From the human T2T-CHM13v2.0 reference genome, Homo sapiens: DNA of 64,000 nucleotides. A program made the translations under genes and the position numbers. The notes under the pieces were generated by a model. It saw only the letters and a program-made list of their open reading frames with translations, did not search any database and was not told the origin of the DNA. Within the stretch, counting starts at the first letter, position 1. Each line of letters opens with the position of its first letter. Location of the stretch: assembly GCF_009914755.1 (NCBI RefSeq), contig NC_060931.1; one strand, 5' to 3'. Positions 1-13,669 of this stretch are shown piece by piece.

Positions 1-720
1 CCCCGTTGTTTCCATATCTTGGCTATTGTTAATAAGGCAGCAATATACATGGGGTGCTGATAATCTCTTTGAGATTCTGGTATCAATTCCTTTGGATATA
101 TACCCAGAAGTGGGATTGCTGGATCATATGGCAGTAGTTCTATTTTCTGTTTTTTTTTTGAGGAACCAAAATACTGTTTTCCATAGTGGCTGTACAATTT
201 TACATTTCCATCAACAGTATACAGGGCTTTTTTTTTTCCCTCCACATCCTTGCCAACACTTAATGTTTTAAAAAAAAAAAAAAAGCCATCCTCACAGGTG
301 TTAGGTACTATCTCATTGTGGTTTTAATTAGCATTTATCTGATGAGCAGTAATGTTTAGCACCTTTTCATATACCTGTTGGCCATGTGTATGTCTTCCTT
401 GGAGAAATGTCTATTCAGGTCCTCTGCTTATTTTTTCATCTAGTTATTTGTTGTTTTGTTTGCTATTCAGTTTTTCTGTGATATTTAATTTTTTTTCTTT
501 AGTTGTGCATAAGCTTTTTAGTTTGATATGGTAGTATTTTATTTTGGCTTTTTTTGCCTATGCTTTTATGGCATATCGAAAAAAATCATTGTCAAGATCA
601 AAGTTTAGGAGCTTTTATTCCTATGTTTTCTTCTAGGCGTTTTACAATTTCAAGTCTTACGTTTAAGTCTTTAGTCCACTTTGAGTTGATTTTCATGTAT
701 AGCATAAAAGAAGGGTCCAA
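1..720 (-). mobile_element. Old L1 (L1M-type) 3' ORF2/3' region fragment
   Basis: Hallmarks such as ggatatatacccagaagtgggattgctggatcatatgg and tctcattgtggttttaatt. Confidence 0.85.
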
Positions 721-724
721 ATTG

Positions 725-1075
725 CTTATGAAACTAAACATACTCTATGTGATCTAGAAATTGTGCTCCTTGTTATGTACTCAAAGGAGTCAAACCTTGG
801 GCAGTAAAAACACTCCGGATGATGTTATAATAATCCATGTTTTATACATTTGTCCAAACCCATGGAATGTACAACAGCAAGAATGAGCTCTAAATTATTA
901 CCTTTGAGTGATTATGATGTATCATTGTTGCTTCATCAGTCATTAACCAATGCACCCCTCTGGTGGGGGATGTTGATAATGGGGGAGGCTATGCATGAGT
1001 ATATAGGAAATCTCTGTATCTTCCTTTTAATTTTGCTTTGAACCTAAAATTGCTCTATAAAATTAAAATCTTTTA
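725..1075 (+). mobile_element. L1MC-like 3' UTR fragment
   Basis: tttgtccaaacccatggaatgtacaac...ggggatgttgataatgggggaggctatgcatg...gaacctaaaattgctct. Confidence 0.7.
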
Positions 1076-1105
1076 AGAACAGGCAAAACAAATCTATGGT
1101 GATAT

Positions 1106-1912
<807 letters not shown>

Positions 1913-1934
1913 CAATACAAATCAAAATGGTGGT

Positions 1935-2302
1935 TGATACCTTTTGCCTTTGTCCCCACCCAAATCTCATCATGAATGGTAGTTCCCATAATCCGCATGT
2001 TTCACAGGAGGGACTTAGTGGGAGGTAATTGAATCATGGGGGCGGTCACCCTCATGCTGCTGTTCTTGTGATGAGTTCTTATGACATTTGATGGTTTCAT
2101 AAGGAGCTTTTCCCCCTCTTGCTTGGCACTTCTTGCTTGTTGTCATGTAAAGAAGGATGTGTTCTCTTCCCCTTCTGCCATGATTGTAAGTTTCCTGAGG
2201 CTTCCCCAGCCATGCTGAACCGAGTTAACTAAACTTCTTTCCTTTATAAATTACTCAGTCTTGGGTATGTCTTTATTAGCAGCATGAGGACGGACTAATA
2301 CG
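1935..2302 (+). mobile_element. THE1 solo LTR
   Basis: tgata...ccccacccaaatctcatc...gccatgattgtaagtttcctgagg...ggactaatac; 5-bp TSD gtggt (1930-1934) / gtagt (2303-2307). Confidence 0.9.
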
Positions 2303-2680
2303 GTAGTTGATGTTGCAAGTTGAGTAATGACTAGAAGGGAATGCTAGAGAGGACTGTAGTGTGTTAGTCATCTGTATCTACATCTAAGTGGTGGTTACTT
2401 GGATGTGTACACATTATAATTTGTAGATACTGAAGATTTATATGCTTTTCAGATGTATGCTTCACATTGTGAAAAACAAGAAAAAACATTTTTTAACATC
2501 CCTTTTGGGAACTTGCATGACTTTGATCATATTTTCCAATGCTAAGATACACACACACATACACTTCATCTTGTTTATTCCATCTTCTGCTTTTTCCATC
2601 TTTTTGTGGTTTGCTTGTATCCATACTCTTTCCCACATCAATGCAAACTTTTTAATGGCAGTGGCAAAAGTTCTCCATAG

Positions 2681-4817
2681 GGGATGCTGTTTTTATTCTG
2701 ATGAAGATGGTTCTTCATTCTGTGGGATTCTCTGGCACTGGACATTTATCATCCCTGGCCTGCATTGGAGTTTGGTCAGTAGATATCCAGGGAATGTGTC
2801 TGGTTGGGAACAGTTGCTTTAGAGCAGAGGTTGGCAAGCTTAGGCTGGAAAGGATCTGATAGTACTCTGTACTATCAGGGTCAGATAGTTCCTGTACCCT
2901 TGAGAGAAAGTATGACTCCGTTGAGAAGTAAGCCTGGGAATTGAGATGCCTTTTTCTCTCTCATCGTAACTTCACAATGTGTTCCTGTGAAATTGCTTGG
3001 CTGTGTGTATCGTATGGTCTGTTGTAACTACTAAACGCTACTCCTGTAAGGATGAATACAGACATAAATACATAAACAAATGGGCATAATTGTGTTCTAG
3101 TAACACTTTATTTACAAAAACAAGCAGGTGGGACATATTTGTCTCTTGCCTCACAGTGTGATGACCCCTGCTGTAGATGGAAGATCAATGCACTTCAATG
3201 CTGCTTCCCACAGATCATTCTGTCCAAGGCTTTCTGATATTTTATAAGCTATGGTTTGCACCAGCAGTATTTTCAGACATTCCTCAAACTTAAGCTTCCA
3301 TTTTATTACTATAATCAAAATTTCAATTGGTTTTAGTCTGGTGATATCATAAGGACAGAATCTATGGAACTAAATTAGCATAAGATGAAGTAATTTCAAA
3401 ATAAATCTAATGTCACATCAAAAAAATTTTATTTTCTACTTAATAATTAGAAATGTGGTTGAGAATATGAAAAAACAACCAATGTACATTTTTCCTTTTA
3501 TGGATCTAATGCTAATAAACATCAGCCCTGTATTCCCAGTCTATCTATATTACGCACATGAATCATGTATGGAGTTACCTAGAGAAAGTTAAAGTAGGAG
3601 ATTTTGGGTCATGGCAATAGTGCATCTCTTTTCCCCAAGAGAAACAAATCTGACTTACATTCAGATTGGCTAGGTGGAAATTCCCTCCAGCTTTTATATT
3701 CCTGTGATCACTTGGCACAATATTTCAACATTGTAATAACTTTATCCATGGAGTCGAAAAATATAAGCCCCTAGGGTTAATTATAAGCAGAGTTGTCCTT
3801 GGTAGAAAATATCTTTCATTTCAATTATTTAAAAAGCACAGAATAATGTAATACAGGTTTCTGGAAAGAACGATAATGGTCAGATGCTTTTTCCTGTACC
3901 CTTGAGAGAAAGCATGACTCTGTTGAGATGCAAGCTTGGGGAATGTGATGCCTGTTTCCCCTCTCGTCTTATCATCATTTCACAGTGTGCTCCTGTGAAA
4001 TTACTGTAACCTTTTCTATTTTAGGTGATGACTTTGCAAGAGCCTTACTCAGAAGTCTCGGGAAGCATTATGAATGTTTTTTAATGATTTTTTTGTGATT
4101 TTACAAAGCATCTTTTAAAAAATATCTACTTAAATGGGTTCCCTTCATTTTCAAGGTTTTGATCAGGTTTTTCTAAGTAGTAAGTGGAAAAAATATATAA
4201 ATTTTATTTCATGAAATATTCTGTGGCACAAAAAGAAAAATGGATAACTGAATAATAGTTAATTTAGAGGCTGGGTGGATTTTCTTTTGGCTGCAAACGA
4301 TTGCTCTTTATGGGCTCATGGTTTCTGGGGAATTTGGCTGAGGTGTAAGTCCTGTTTCTTGAAACTATTTATGTAGCCTTGATGCACACATATGTGAAAC
4401 ATTATAAAAAGACTTCTCTATTTGGGGTTGAGAACAAAGAAAGGTTACCAAAAACATAGATAAGGAAACTGGGGCTCCCACTGGTGAATCTTGGACAATG
4501 TAACAAAGCCTGTATCTCTCTGCTTTTCAGGCATCAGCCTTTTTGGGAGGCCTCCTATCCTAACTCACCCAACATGATCATACCTAAACTAGGATTTATA
4601 GTTTGAGCAGAAGTCCAAGGGTTCTGTCTGTAAGTGGAAAAAGTCTGAATGCACATACTAATTTATATGTCATACCTAATAGCTACCTAGACCCTGAGGC
4701 TGATTGCTCTTTTTGATGTCTGAGAAGCAATAAATTTGTAGCATTTCTCTTTTACCTAGCATGGCTTTGTAAAAACCATTCAAAATGTATGACAAGTATC
4801 AGAAAATGAAGGCAGAG
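2681..4817 (+). pseudogene. Pseudo-exon cluster 1 (end of one PLAT-like repeat plus about two more)
   Basis: 2681-2774 GCCFYSDEDGSSFCGI..LHWSL|gtcagt; 3214 DHSVQGFLIFY; 3331 F*SGDII; 3540-3593 SIYITHMNHVWSYLEKVK|gtagga; 4025 GDDFARALLRSLGKHYECFL; 4268-4344 EAGWIFFWLQTIALYGLMVSGEF|gtaagt; 4412-4483 TSLFGVENKERLPKT*IR; 4760-4817 AWLCKNHS. Confidence 0.5.
2825..3170 (+). mobile_element. MER58A-like hAT DNA transposon carrying a ~115-bp foreign insert
   Basis: Termini cagaggttggcaa...gacccctg; internal actttatttacaaaaacaagcagg. Confidence 0.7.
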
Positions 4818-5104
4818 GTGAAGTGTTCAAGCATTCTAAGGAAAGCAGCTATATAAATGAAAAGCATTAATATTATTATTATAGAAACACATTTCCTCAT
4901 TAACCTCTACTTCCATACCAACAAATATTCTCCAAAAGGCTTATTTTCTTTGACCATTTTACATGCTTCCTTGGCAGCCACCTAGTAAAGCCTTTGAAAC
5001 TGTGCATATTGCTTACAAACATTTCATTATGAATTGAGCCTTTCAGCTTGTAAATGCAGAAAAATTAAGCATGAAAAAGCCCAACACTACAAATGAAAAC
5101 ATAA

Positions 5105-5160
5105 TAACCTGCACAATGTGCACATGTACCCTAAAACTTAAAGTATAATAAAAAAAAAAA
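5105..5160 (+). mobile_element. Very short young L1PA 3' end
   Basis: taacctgcacaatgtgcacatgtaccctaaaacttaaagtataataaaaaaaaaaa. Confidence 0.85.
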
Positions 5161-6624
5161 TAAGTAAAGCAAAGGTGAAAAGTCTTAAGCCAAACTTCAT
5201 AAACCAAAAAGCAGTCTAAATCTCCTATCCCATAATGACACTCACTTTATTGGAAAGAAGCAGCCTACTTTTATTCAAACATGGTCATTTATTTAAGATA
5301 CAGAATATCCCTAATCCACAAAGAGAAAGAGCCAGAGAGCATGGGAACAATTGTTTCTCTTCCCCCTCAAATATAAAATATAGGAGGGAACTCATACCCT
5401 ATATAGTTAGCCTATTTGTAAAATTTGACTGTAAGGTATGATGCTACATTTGCTGATATTAATACAATATAATGAAATATTGATGTGGTTTTAAGTTTGC
5501 ATTAATATGACTGTAATTTGTTATTTGCCATATATATACACACACATAAATATATATATTATATATAATGTATATATTAGTACTAGCTTCTTGGTTTCAA
5601 TTCTTATGGTAAATTAAGTTATTTTATATATTGAAGGCAGATTAAATGACTTGACATGCAACTCATACTAACACAGCCACTACTAAAGTAGGTCAACTTT
5701 TAAACTGATGCTAGAAGACTACTTACAGAAAATTAAGGGTAAAAAATACTGTATTAATTTAAAGGGAATAATATTACATCGGCAAAAATAGAATATTCAT
5801 TATATGTATTTTCTTTAATTTTAATTTTAGCTATTTGTACTTAAGATGGTATTTTACTCTAAGCATTTGATTATGGTAATCTATCTTCTCATGTTTTTCC
5901 TGTATTCTGTAACTCATTCTCAAGCATTCTAAGTATGATAATTTTAAGGTTAATATACAGTGTTAATTCAAAAGATGAAGTTTATTTAATTCATATTACA
6001 ACTAGAAATATGGAATCAGTCTAACGTTTATACTATTTTTGTTGGAAGTAATTATGATTCAAGGGGAGGTATAGGATATAAATACTATCTTTACTCAGCA
6101 AACTCATTCATGTACTCATTCGTCACATATTGAGCACAAACTATATATGAGCAGTGTGCACAATCATTGTGTTCAGAAACTGTAGTGCTTCAGGAAAATG
6201 AGAAATCCCCAAATTCTCTTTTCCTATGAGTAATAGAGGAACCTCGTGATTTTTGAGGTCCATTGGTCCAATTTCCTGAATCTGTACAATCCATCACAAT
6301 GGACCTTCTTAAAGTCTCTCTACCTAAGTTAACCTTGTTGGGGTTGATGCTTGGGGAAAGGATTAGTTTCTAGTCTCATAACTATGTGTGTGCATACCTG
6401 TGTGATAATCTGGCAGCTTGTACACCCTGTAACTGAGATTTCACTATTATCTAATTTAATATAATATTTTCAGTTGTCTTTTTTACTAGCAGCAGTAATA
6501 GTATCATAATTTACATGGAATGAATACTGTGTGCCATCATGGCTTACAGGAGTCTATTGTTTTCAAGTTATTTCAAGTTTCAATATAAATTACATAATTA
6601 TATTGCTTTATGTATATAACAAAG

Positions 6625-7786
6625 ACCTCATCCTTACAAGCAAGGTGCTTGAGTTCCGAAATGAGAATCCAGGTAAATATAATTGAACCAAAAATATCCA
6701 AGTATGTATTTATACTAGGGAGGCCACATGATTTATCATCCAAAGTTTTTTTGAGAGTAAAAGGGATACTCTTAATAATTATGTTGGCACAACATTTAAA
6801 AACCAAGACCTGGTCAAACTGGGATGTATGGTGACCCAGCTTATTACATATGTGTTGAGTTAAAAAATATCTGCACGCACATGCAGGTGTCAAACTAATG
6901 TGTGCTATAATAAAATTCAATTATTTGAATAGGATAGCCTTTATATTTATTATGGTGCTGGGAAATGATGTAAAATTAAAATTTAGTGTTAACAAATAGT
7001 TGTGTATATACTTTTTAAAACATTTTTGGAAGTAAAGGAGTATATTTTATACAATATGAAGATCATTTATAACTAGTACAGGATATGTAGGTGATGGGCC
7101 TTTTTTTAACCAGAGGGTTACAACCACTCTGATACTGCTCCTACTGGCAAATCTGTGGCTAAAGTAAGCATCAAAAACCACACTTTCTCTTTGGAAGTTA
7201 GCACCCCCACTATGTACTCCAGCATCATCTGACAGAACCTCTATCATTTCTTCCCATGGATTAGGCAATATTGCATTGCTTTGTCTGAGTCCCAAAAATT
7301 ATTGTGTCATAACAGATAAAATTAATAATTAGCAGTTTAATTCTCACACTAGCCAAACCTATTTTGACCCTCATAAAGAAAATATTAGTAGAAGTCTCTT
7401 TTAGGATTAAACTAAATTTATGTGTTAATTTTAACTTGAGTATACTTGAAGAGATGGAATTTTCACTGCTTACTATGGGAAGTCATATACTAGAACTCAA
7501 ATTTTCCGGAGCATGCTTAAGTATGGGGCATACTTATGGCCAGTCTAAGTGTGTCAGCAAAAGCTAGAATTCATATATATATAAAATATTCTCTAGTATT
7601 CTGTTTATAGGTTGTTTCACAGCATGAAGATAATTTTTACCCATAAATTTTAAACGTTCAAAACATTTCATATCCTGGGATTCCCAAAATTGATGTGGAA
7701 TCATCAAACCTTAAGATAAACCCAAGAAACATGGACACTTCCATCACTAAAGATGATGTAATAGTGTCTGAAAATATTTTCCTTGA
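6625..7786 (+). pseudogene. Three phase-compatible pseudo-exons (polar linker-like sequence)
   Basis: 6625-6672 (LILTSKVLEFRNENP, donor gtaaat); 7114-7163 (EGYNHSDTAPTGKSVAK, acceptor tttttttaaccag, donor gtaagc); 7611-7786 (VVSQHEDNFYP*ILNVQ...SENIFL, donor gtgagt). The frame is kept across both junctions, with one internal TAA. Confidence 0.55.
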
Positions 7787-9599
7787 GTGAGTTGTGACTT
7801 GTGACAGTTGTATTTCGTTTGTTATTTCTTTGTAAAATGGTTTACTTTAAAATATTACACTTGAAAAATTATCTTGTTTATGGCATTTGAAGAACCAGAA
7901 TAAGAAATATTATAAACTTAATTTGTACATTGGGTGGAAAGAGTAGATGATAGAATTCTATTACAGTAAAACAAGTAAACTAGATTGTCACTTTAAGAGA
8001 TTTCTTATGGAGGATTTATTCTTTAGCTTGTTATGATCACATTTTTATAGAAACAGCTGTACTTGTTATCACACTCTGCCACATCATCAGTCATCTAGCT
8101 ACTGCAGAGAATTCCCCCAAGCAGCACTGGACGTTCATGAGTTTATATTACTGCCATAAATTTTTGGGCTGTAAGTTTTTATACAAATAATCCCACGTCT
8201 CTTGTAAACATTTCGCCAATTGGTTAATAACATGATCTCTACCAGGGGATTTCTGGAATGTTTCTATCTTTTAAAAACAATGGCCTAGAGTACATTTTTG
8301 CAAATGCTAAAAACCTTCCAAATGAATTTGGGCAGTCTGAGGACATGTATATGATGAGAAAATATGCTTTTCCTTAATTTTACTGTTTAACCTCTTGATC
8401 CATTTTTTGGCTGAATCATGTGAAAGGATCTATTCACAAAAGATAATAGTTTAGTTATATTTGAAAAAAATATGGAGTGGCCTTTTAAATGAGAGTGGCG
8501 AGCTCCTAGCCATGAAACTCATTTCACAGTTCCTCCACTGCTCTTCAAAGTTAAATAATCACCAGAAAGAAGCCCAGCATTTCCACGGTGCCATCCATTA
8601 TGTAGTTGCCGGTGTTTCTTTCCCTAGGCACATTCCTCTCAAAATAAAAATGAAAAGAGTGCATAAGTTTGCCCACAGACTAATTTCTAAATGTACTAAT
8701 CTGATCTTTTACCTCCATTTCTTTGGTGACATATAAATAGACCCTCAAATATTATTTCACAGCTCTAAAAGTTAATGGTGTTCTTTACTGGATCTTCCTT
8801 CATCAACGACACAGTGTCCTATTTTCTTGCGAGCTCTGTCTCTGACTGTCCTAAACCATTGACTGAATCTCAGATTCTAATGGTGAAGTTAAGGTAGTCT
8901 GAAAAACCAGAGGGAATTTTTCAAAAGGGAACTTAGATTTAACGTAAAATACATCATTTTAGATTTGGGGAAGAATAGTTTGAGATTTTGCATTTGTGAT
9001 AATTCAGTGATCTGATTTAACATCATCATTCCAAAGCCAGTCAACAAATTTTCCAATATTCTAGGCATGACCAACTAAATTAAAGTTTCAAATTGACTCA
9101 CCTACTATCCTCAATACTAGGTTCTTCTGAAGTATCTTTAGTAGCTAAAATTTAGCTGTGGGGAACTGAGCATCAGCTAAATTAAAGTTTGTTATGCATT
9201 CTATTGACATGAACAATGATGTTACTCCAGTAAAGATTTTCTGATGATAGAGATTAAGTAGATTTTCAAGTTACAGATTTATATAGATAGCAGAATCCTA
9301 TTTGTAAGAAATTCATGTACATATGTTTATGCTTACAATATTAATGGATACCTACAAAATATTAATTGTGGTTATTTCTGGACTGGGAAGTTGGAAAGTG
9401 AGAATAGTTTAAGTTGTAATGTTCACCTTACACTTTTTGTACAATTTGAATTTTAGAATAATCAGGTATAGTTTTGATAGAGAAAAACTTAAAAACAACA
9501 AAAACCAGATAAAATCGATGTGATTTCATTCAGTGTTAATCATTATCAGAGCTATATTTTTTTAAAAAATTTCCATCTATAAAAATATCTTGGGTGATT

Positions 9600-9760
9600 A
9601 CAATGTGTTAATACAGGTTCATGAATTGTAACAAATGTAGTATTCTGGTTGGGGATTTGATATTGGGAGAGGCTATGCATGCCTGGGGCCAGGAGGGCAA
9701 ATGGAAAATCTTTTTACCTTCCTTTCAATTTTTCTATGAACTTAAAACTGCTGTAAAGTT
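9600..9760 (+). mobile_element. L1MC-like 3' UTR fragment
   Basis: aattgtaacaaatgtagtattctggttgggga...ggctatgcatg...gaacttaaaactgct. Confidence 0.65.
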
Positions 9761-9799
9761 TTTACATTGAAATTGATTAATTAAATTAGATATGATGGA

Positions 9800-11815
9800 T
9801 TAGAGCTGATATTATGAAATTAAAAACCAAAAATCAATAAAACCAAAAGCAGGTTTTTAAAAAAAAGTTTAATTAAATCACTAAGCAAGGCTAAGAAGAG
9901 AGGAGACACAAATTACTAGTATTAGGCACGAAAGAAGAGCGATCACTTCAAATTCCATGTTCATTCAAAAGATGATACTATGAGCAACTCTATTCCCTCA
10001 AATTTGATAACATAGACGAAATTGACCAATTTATTGAAAAACACAATTAGCCAAAACTCACAGTAGAAGAACTAGATAATCTGAATAGGCCTATATTATA
10101 TAAATTGAATAAATAAATAATATTCTATAGAAAGCACCAGTACCAGATGAGTTCACTGGAGAATTCTACCAAACTTTTAAGAAAAAAATTTTACAAATTC
10201 TCTAATCTCTTCCAGAAGACAGAAGCATAAGAAATGCTTCCTAACTCATACTTTGAGGCCAGCATTACCCTAATGCCAAAACAGAAGACATTACAAGGAA
10301 ACTACAGACAAATATCTAACAAATATTGATTCTAAAATCCTCAACATCCTAGTAATTGCATCCAACAATGTAATAAAGTATTGCACACCATGAACAAGTG
10401 GGGATATACCCCAGGTATGCACGGCTGGGTCAGCATTCAAAAATCAATTAATATAATCTATTTCATCAAAAGGCAAAAGAAGAAAAATCACATAATTATA
10501 CAAATAGATGCAGAAAAAGCATCTGATAAAGTTTAATGTCCATTCATGATGAAATAGAAATAGAGGTAAATGAAAATATCTACATAAAAATTACAGCTTA
10601 CATTATACTTAATGATGACAAAATAGAATCTTTCTCACCAAGATTAGGAACAAGGCAAGGATGTCTCTTCCTACCACAGCTTTTCCACATTGTAATGGAT
10701 GTCCTACTTAATATAGTGAGACAAGAAAATAAAGTAAAAACTGTAAAGATTGGGAAAGAAGAAATAAAACTTAGTTTCTTCACAAATGACATGGTTGCCT
10801 ATGTAGAAAATCTGAAAGAATTGACAAAAATAACTTCAGGAACTAATGAGCAATTATAGCAAGGTTGTAGGAAACAAGGTTAATACACAAAAGTCAATTA
10901 TTGCCCTATATACCAGCAATGACCAATCGGAAGTTGAAATTAAGACACGTTACCATTTACATTAGCACCCCAAAGATTAAACAGAAACAAATCTAACAAA
11001 ATATGTTCAAGATCTATATGAGGAAGACGACAAAAAATCTGAATGAAATCAAGGAAGAACTAAATAAATAGAAATACTTTGATGAAAAGGAAGACCCAAT
11101 ATTACCAAGTTGTAAGTTCTTTCTAACTTGATCTACAGATTCAATGCAATCCTAGTCAAAATCCCAGACAGTTATTTTGCAGATATTGACAAACAGATTC
11201 TAGCATTTAGATGGGGAGGAGAAACACCCAGAATAGTCAACACAATATTGAAGGTGAAGGACAAAGTTGGAGGACTGACACTACATGACTTCAATGCTTA
11301 TCATAAAGCTACAGTCATTGAGACTGTGGTATTGTTGAAAGAATAAACAAATAGGTCAACTGAAAAAATAGCCCAGAAATAGACCCAATAAATATCATCA
11401 ACTAATCTTTGTTAAAGGAACAAAGGCAATACAATGGAGAAAACATGCCTTTTCAACAAATGGTGCTGGAACAACTCAACAACCACATGTTCAAATAAAA
11501 TCTAGACATAGATCTTACAGTGGAATAAAAAAATTAAAAATGAATCACAGACCTAAATGCAATATACAAACTACAAAAGTCATAGAAAGTTTTAGACAAT
11601 AACACAGAAGAAAGCCTAGATGAGTTAGGATATAGTGATGTTTGTAGATACAACACCAAAGGCATGATTCATGAAAGAAGTAATTCAGAAGTTGTAATTC
11701 ATTAAAATTAAAAACTTACGCTCTGTGAAAGACAATATCAAGAGAATGAGAAGAGAAGCACAAACTTGGAGGATGTATTTGCAACATACACATCTGATAA
11801 AGCACTGTTATCCAA
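9800..11815 (+). mobile_element. Old L1 (L1M) ORF2 fragment, disrupted
   Basis: ORF-track RT motifs GTRQGCL, LSFFTNDMVAYVENLK, IYRFNAILVKIP; ends abruptly at ttatccaa. Confidence 0.9.
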
Positions 11816-12508
11816 AGTCATTCTTCTGCTAATCATAACGAGGAAGAAGTGATTAAAATATTAAATAATATAAAATTGATTTATCTCATCCAGTAGTGGT
11901 AACATTTTTAGGCATAGATATTATTATGCATGTGTTTGATAAGGTGAGAATTCACTTTGAACAGAATAATAAAGCCACAGTTTTTTAGTTCTGACACAGG
12001 AGGAACTAGACAGGAACTCACTCCCACAATCAAATTCCAAACTCAAATTTGTTCTGTAATCACCTCCAGGAAGATTAATGTCTCTAAAAAATGTGGTTGA
12101 TCCTTATTACTTCTAGAATTGAAATGAGTTAAAGAAGCATTTTAAGATCGTGTTAAGAAAAATAAAACCATGATGAGGCATAGAGCAATTCCTTTGTGCA
12201 ATATTTTAATTGCATAAATTATCCAGTTTAGTAACATATTAAGATAGAGAATATTTTATCTGTGTTGTAAATTCTAAACTCTAGTCAACTTTAAAAATAT
12301 TTTCCTTTAAAACAGCATTTTTGAGTGGCCATAAGTAGGCCAAATAAACATGATCTTTATGAATGAAATAGAAAATGTTTTTAAAGCTGAAAGAACATCT
12401 TTGTAGATTTAAGATTCCAAAAATCCAATAGCCTTATGCCATATAAAATATTTTTAAATGAAACAAAAAAGAAAATCATATGAACTGTAACCCAATACTG
12501 TTATCTAG

Positions 12509-13669
12509 GTGTGTGCTGGACTCAAGGCTAATCATTACATATTGTCTTTGGGGTGTGTGCATTATTAAGATGGTTGTAAGTGATGCCATTTTCAATTATA
12601 ATTAATAGAATTTTCCATTCAGCGTTTGGACCATTTTAGGGAGGTATTGAGTTTTACAATTCAGAACAAAGTGGGAAGCCCTGATGGCAGAGGCTTATGT
12701 CATGGCATGTCTCAGTTACTTAGCACTCTTCTCAAATTCAGTGGGGTTTATCACACTTTTTAATCTGGCCACTATAGAACTTTTTTTCTGGAATATTCTG
12801 TGTCTGATTTTCAGGAATTAATAATTTAGATCTGAAGAAGGCTAATCAAAACAAACTTGCGCTGGGGCAGATTTGGGAGATGAGGAAGAAAAAGCACTGA
12901 ACAGGGAGCCAGGAAATCCAGATTCTAGTTCCAGTTCTGCCTCTCTGTGAAATTTTAGCTTAATTAATCTTTTTTAGCTTTGAAATATGAACTGTAAATA
13001 ATGCTATAAACAAATTATAAGGCCGGTTCTGGTTGTCATATACTGTAAGACCAAATTCCTTGAAATTTTTAGGTGATGACATGGGGTAACTTAGATACCA
13101 TATCCCTCCCAACACAGCCAGCTTCTTTCTTTCCCTAGGATTCTAGGTGACATATTGACCAGGACTTCCCTTTTTAAAAATATGCTGAGTGACTATGACA
13201 GAATAATAAGAAAATAAAAATTTTTCCAATTCCTAATGCCACTAACAGTCATTCTTCTGTTAATCATAATGAGGAAGAAGCGATTAAAATATTAAATAAT
13301 GTAAAATTGATTTATCTCATCCAGTAGTGCTAACATTTTTAGACATATATGTTACTACATGTGTGTTTGATAGGTTGAGAATTCACTTTGAACAGAATAA
13401 TAAAGCCACAGTTTGAAGGTCTGACATGGCAGGAACTGGACAGGAGCCCACTCCCACAATCTAATTCCAAACTAAAATTTGTTCTGTAATTTCCTCCGGG
13501 AAGAAAATAGAGTGGTCTAAGTTCTATCCTCTCTTGTTTATTCTCTGTAACACAAAACCTACATAGTTGTTTGGAAATCTCCACGCTCAGAGAGAATAGG
13601 AGTTCACTTGTGAATAAAGCAAAGAGTTCAGTGAAATGTTTTTGTACCGCCACACAAGATAGTGCAAGA
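12509..13669 (+). pseudogene. Pseudo-exon cluster (one PLAT-like repeat)
   Basis: 12509-12575 VCAGLKANHYILSLG..|gtaagt (cf. GAGTDANVYI.L.G); 12623 RLDHFREVLSFTIQNKVG; 13374 LRIHFEQNNKATV*; ~13600 *EFTCE*; donor gtaaga at 13670. Confidence 0.45.
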
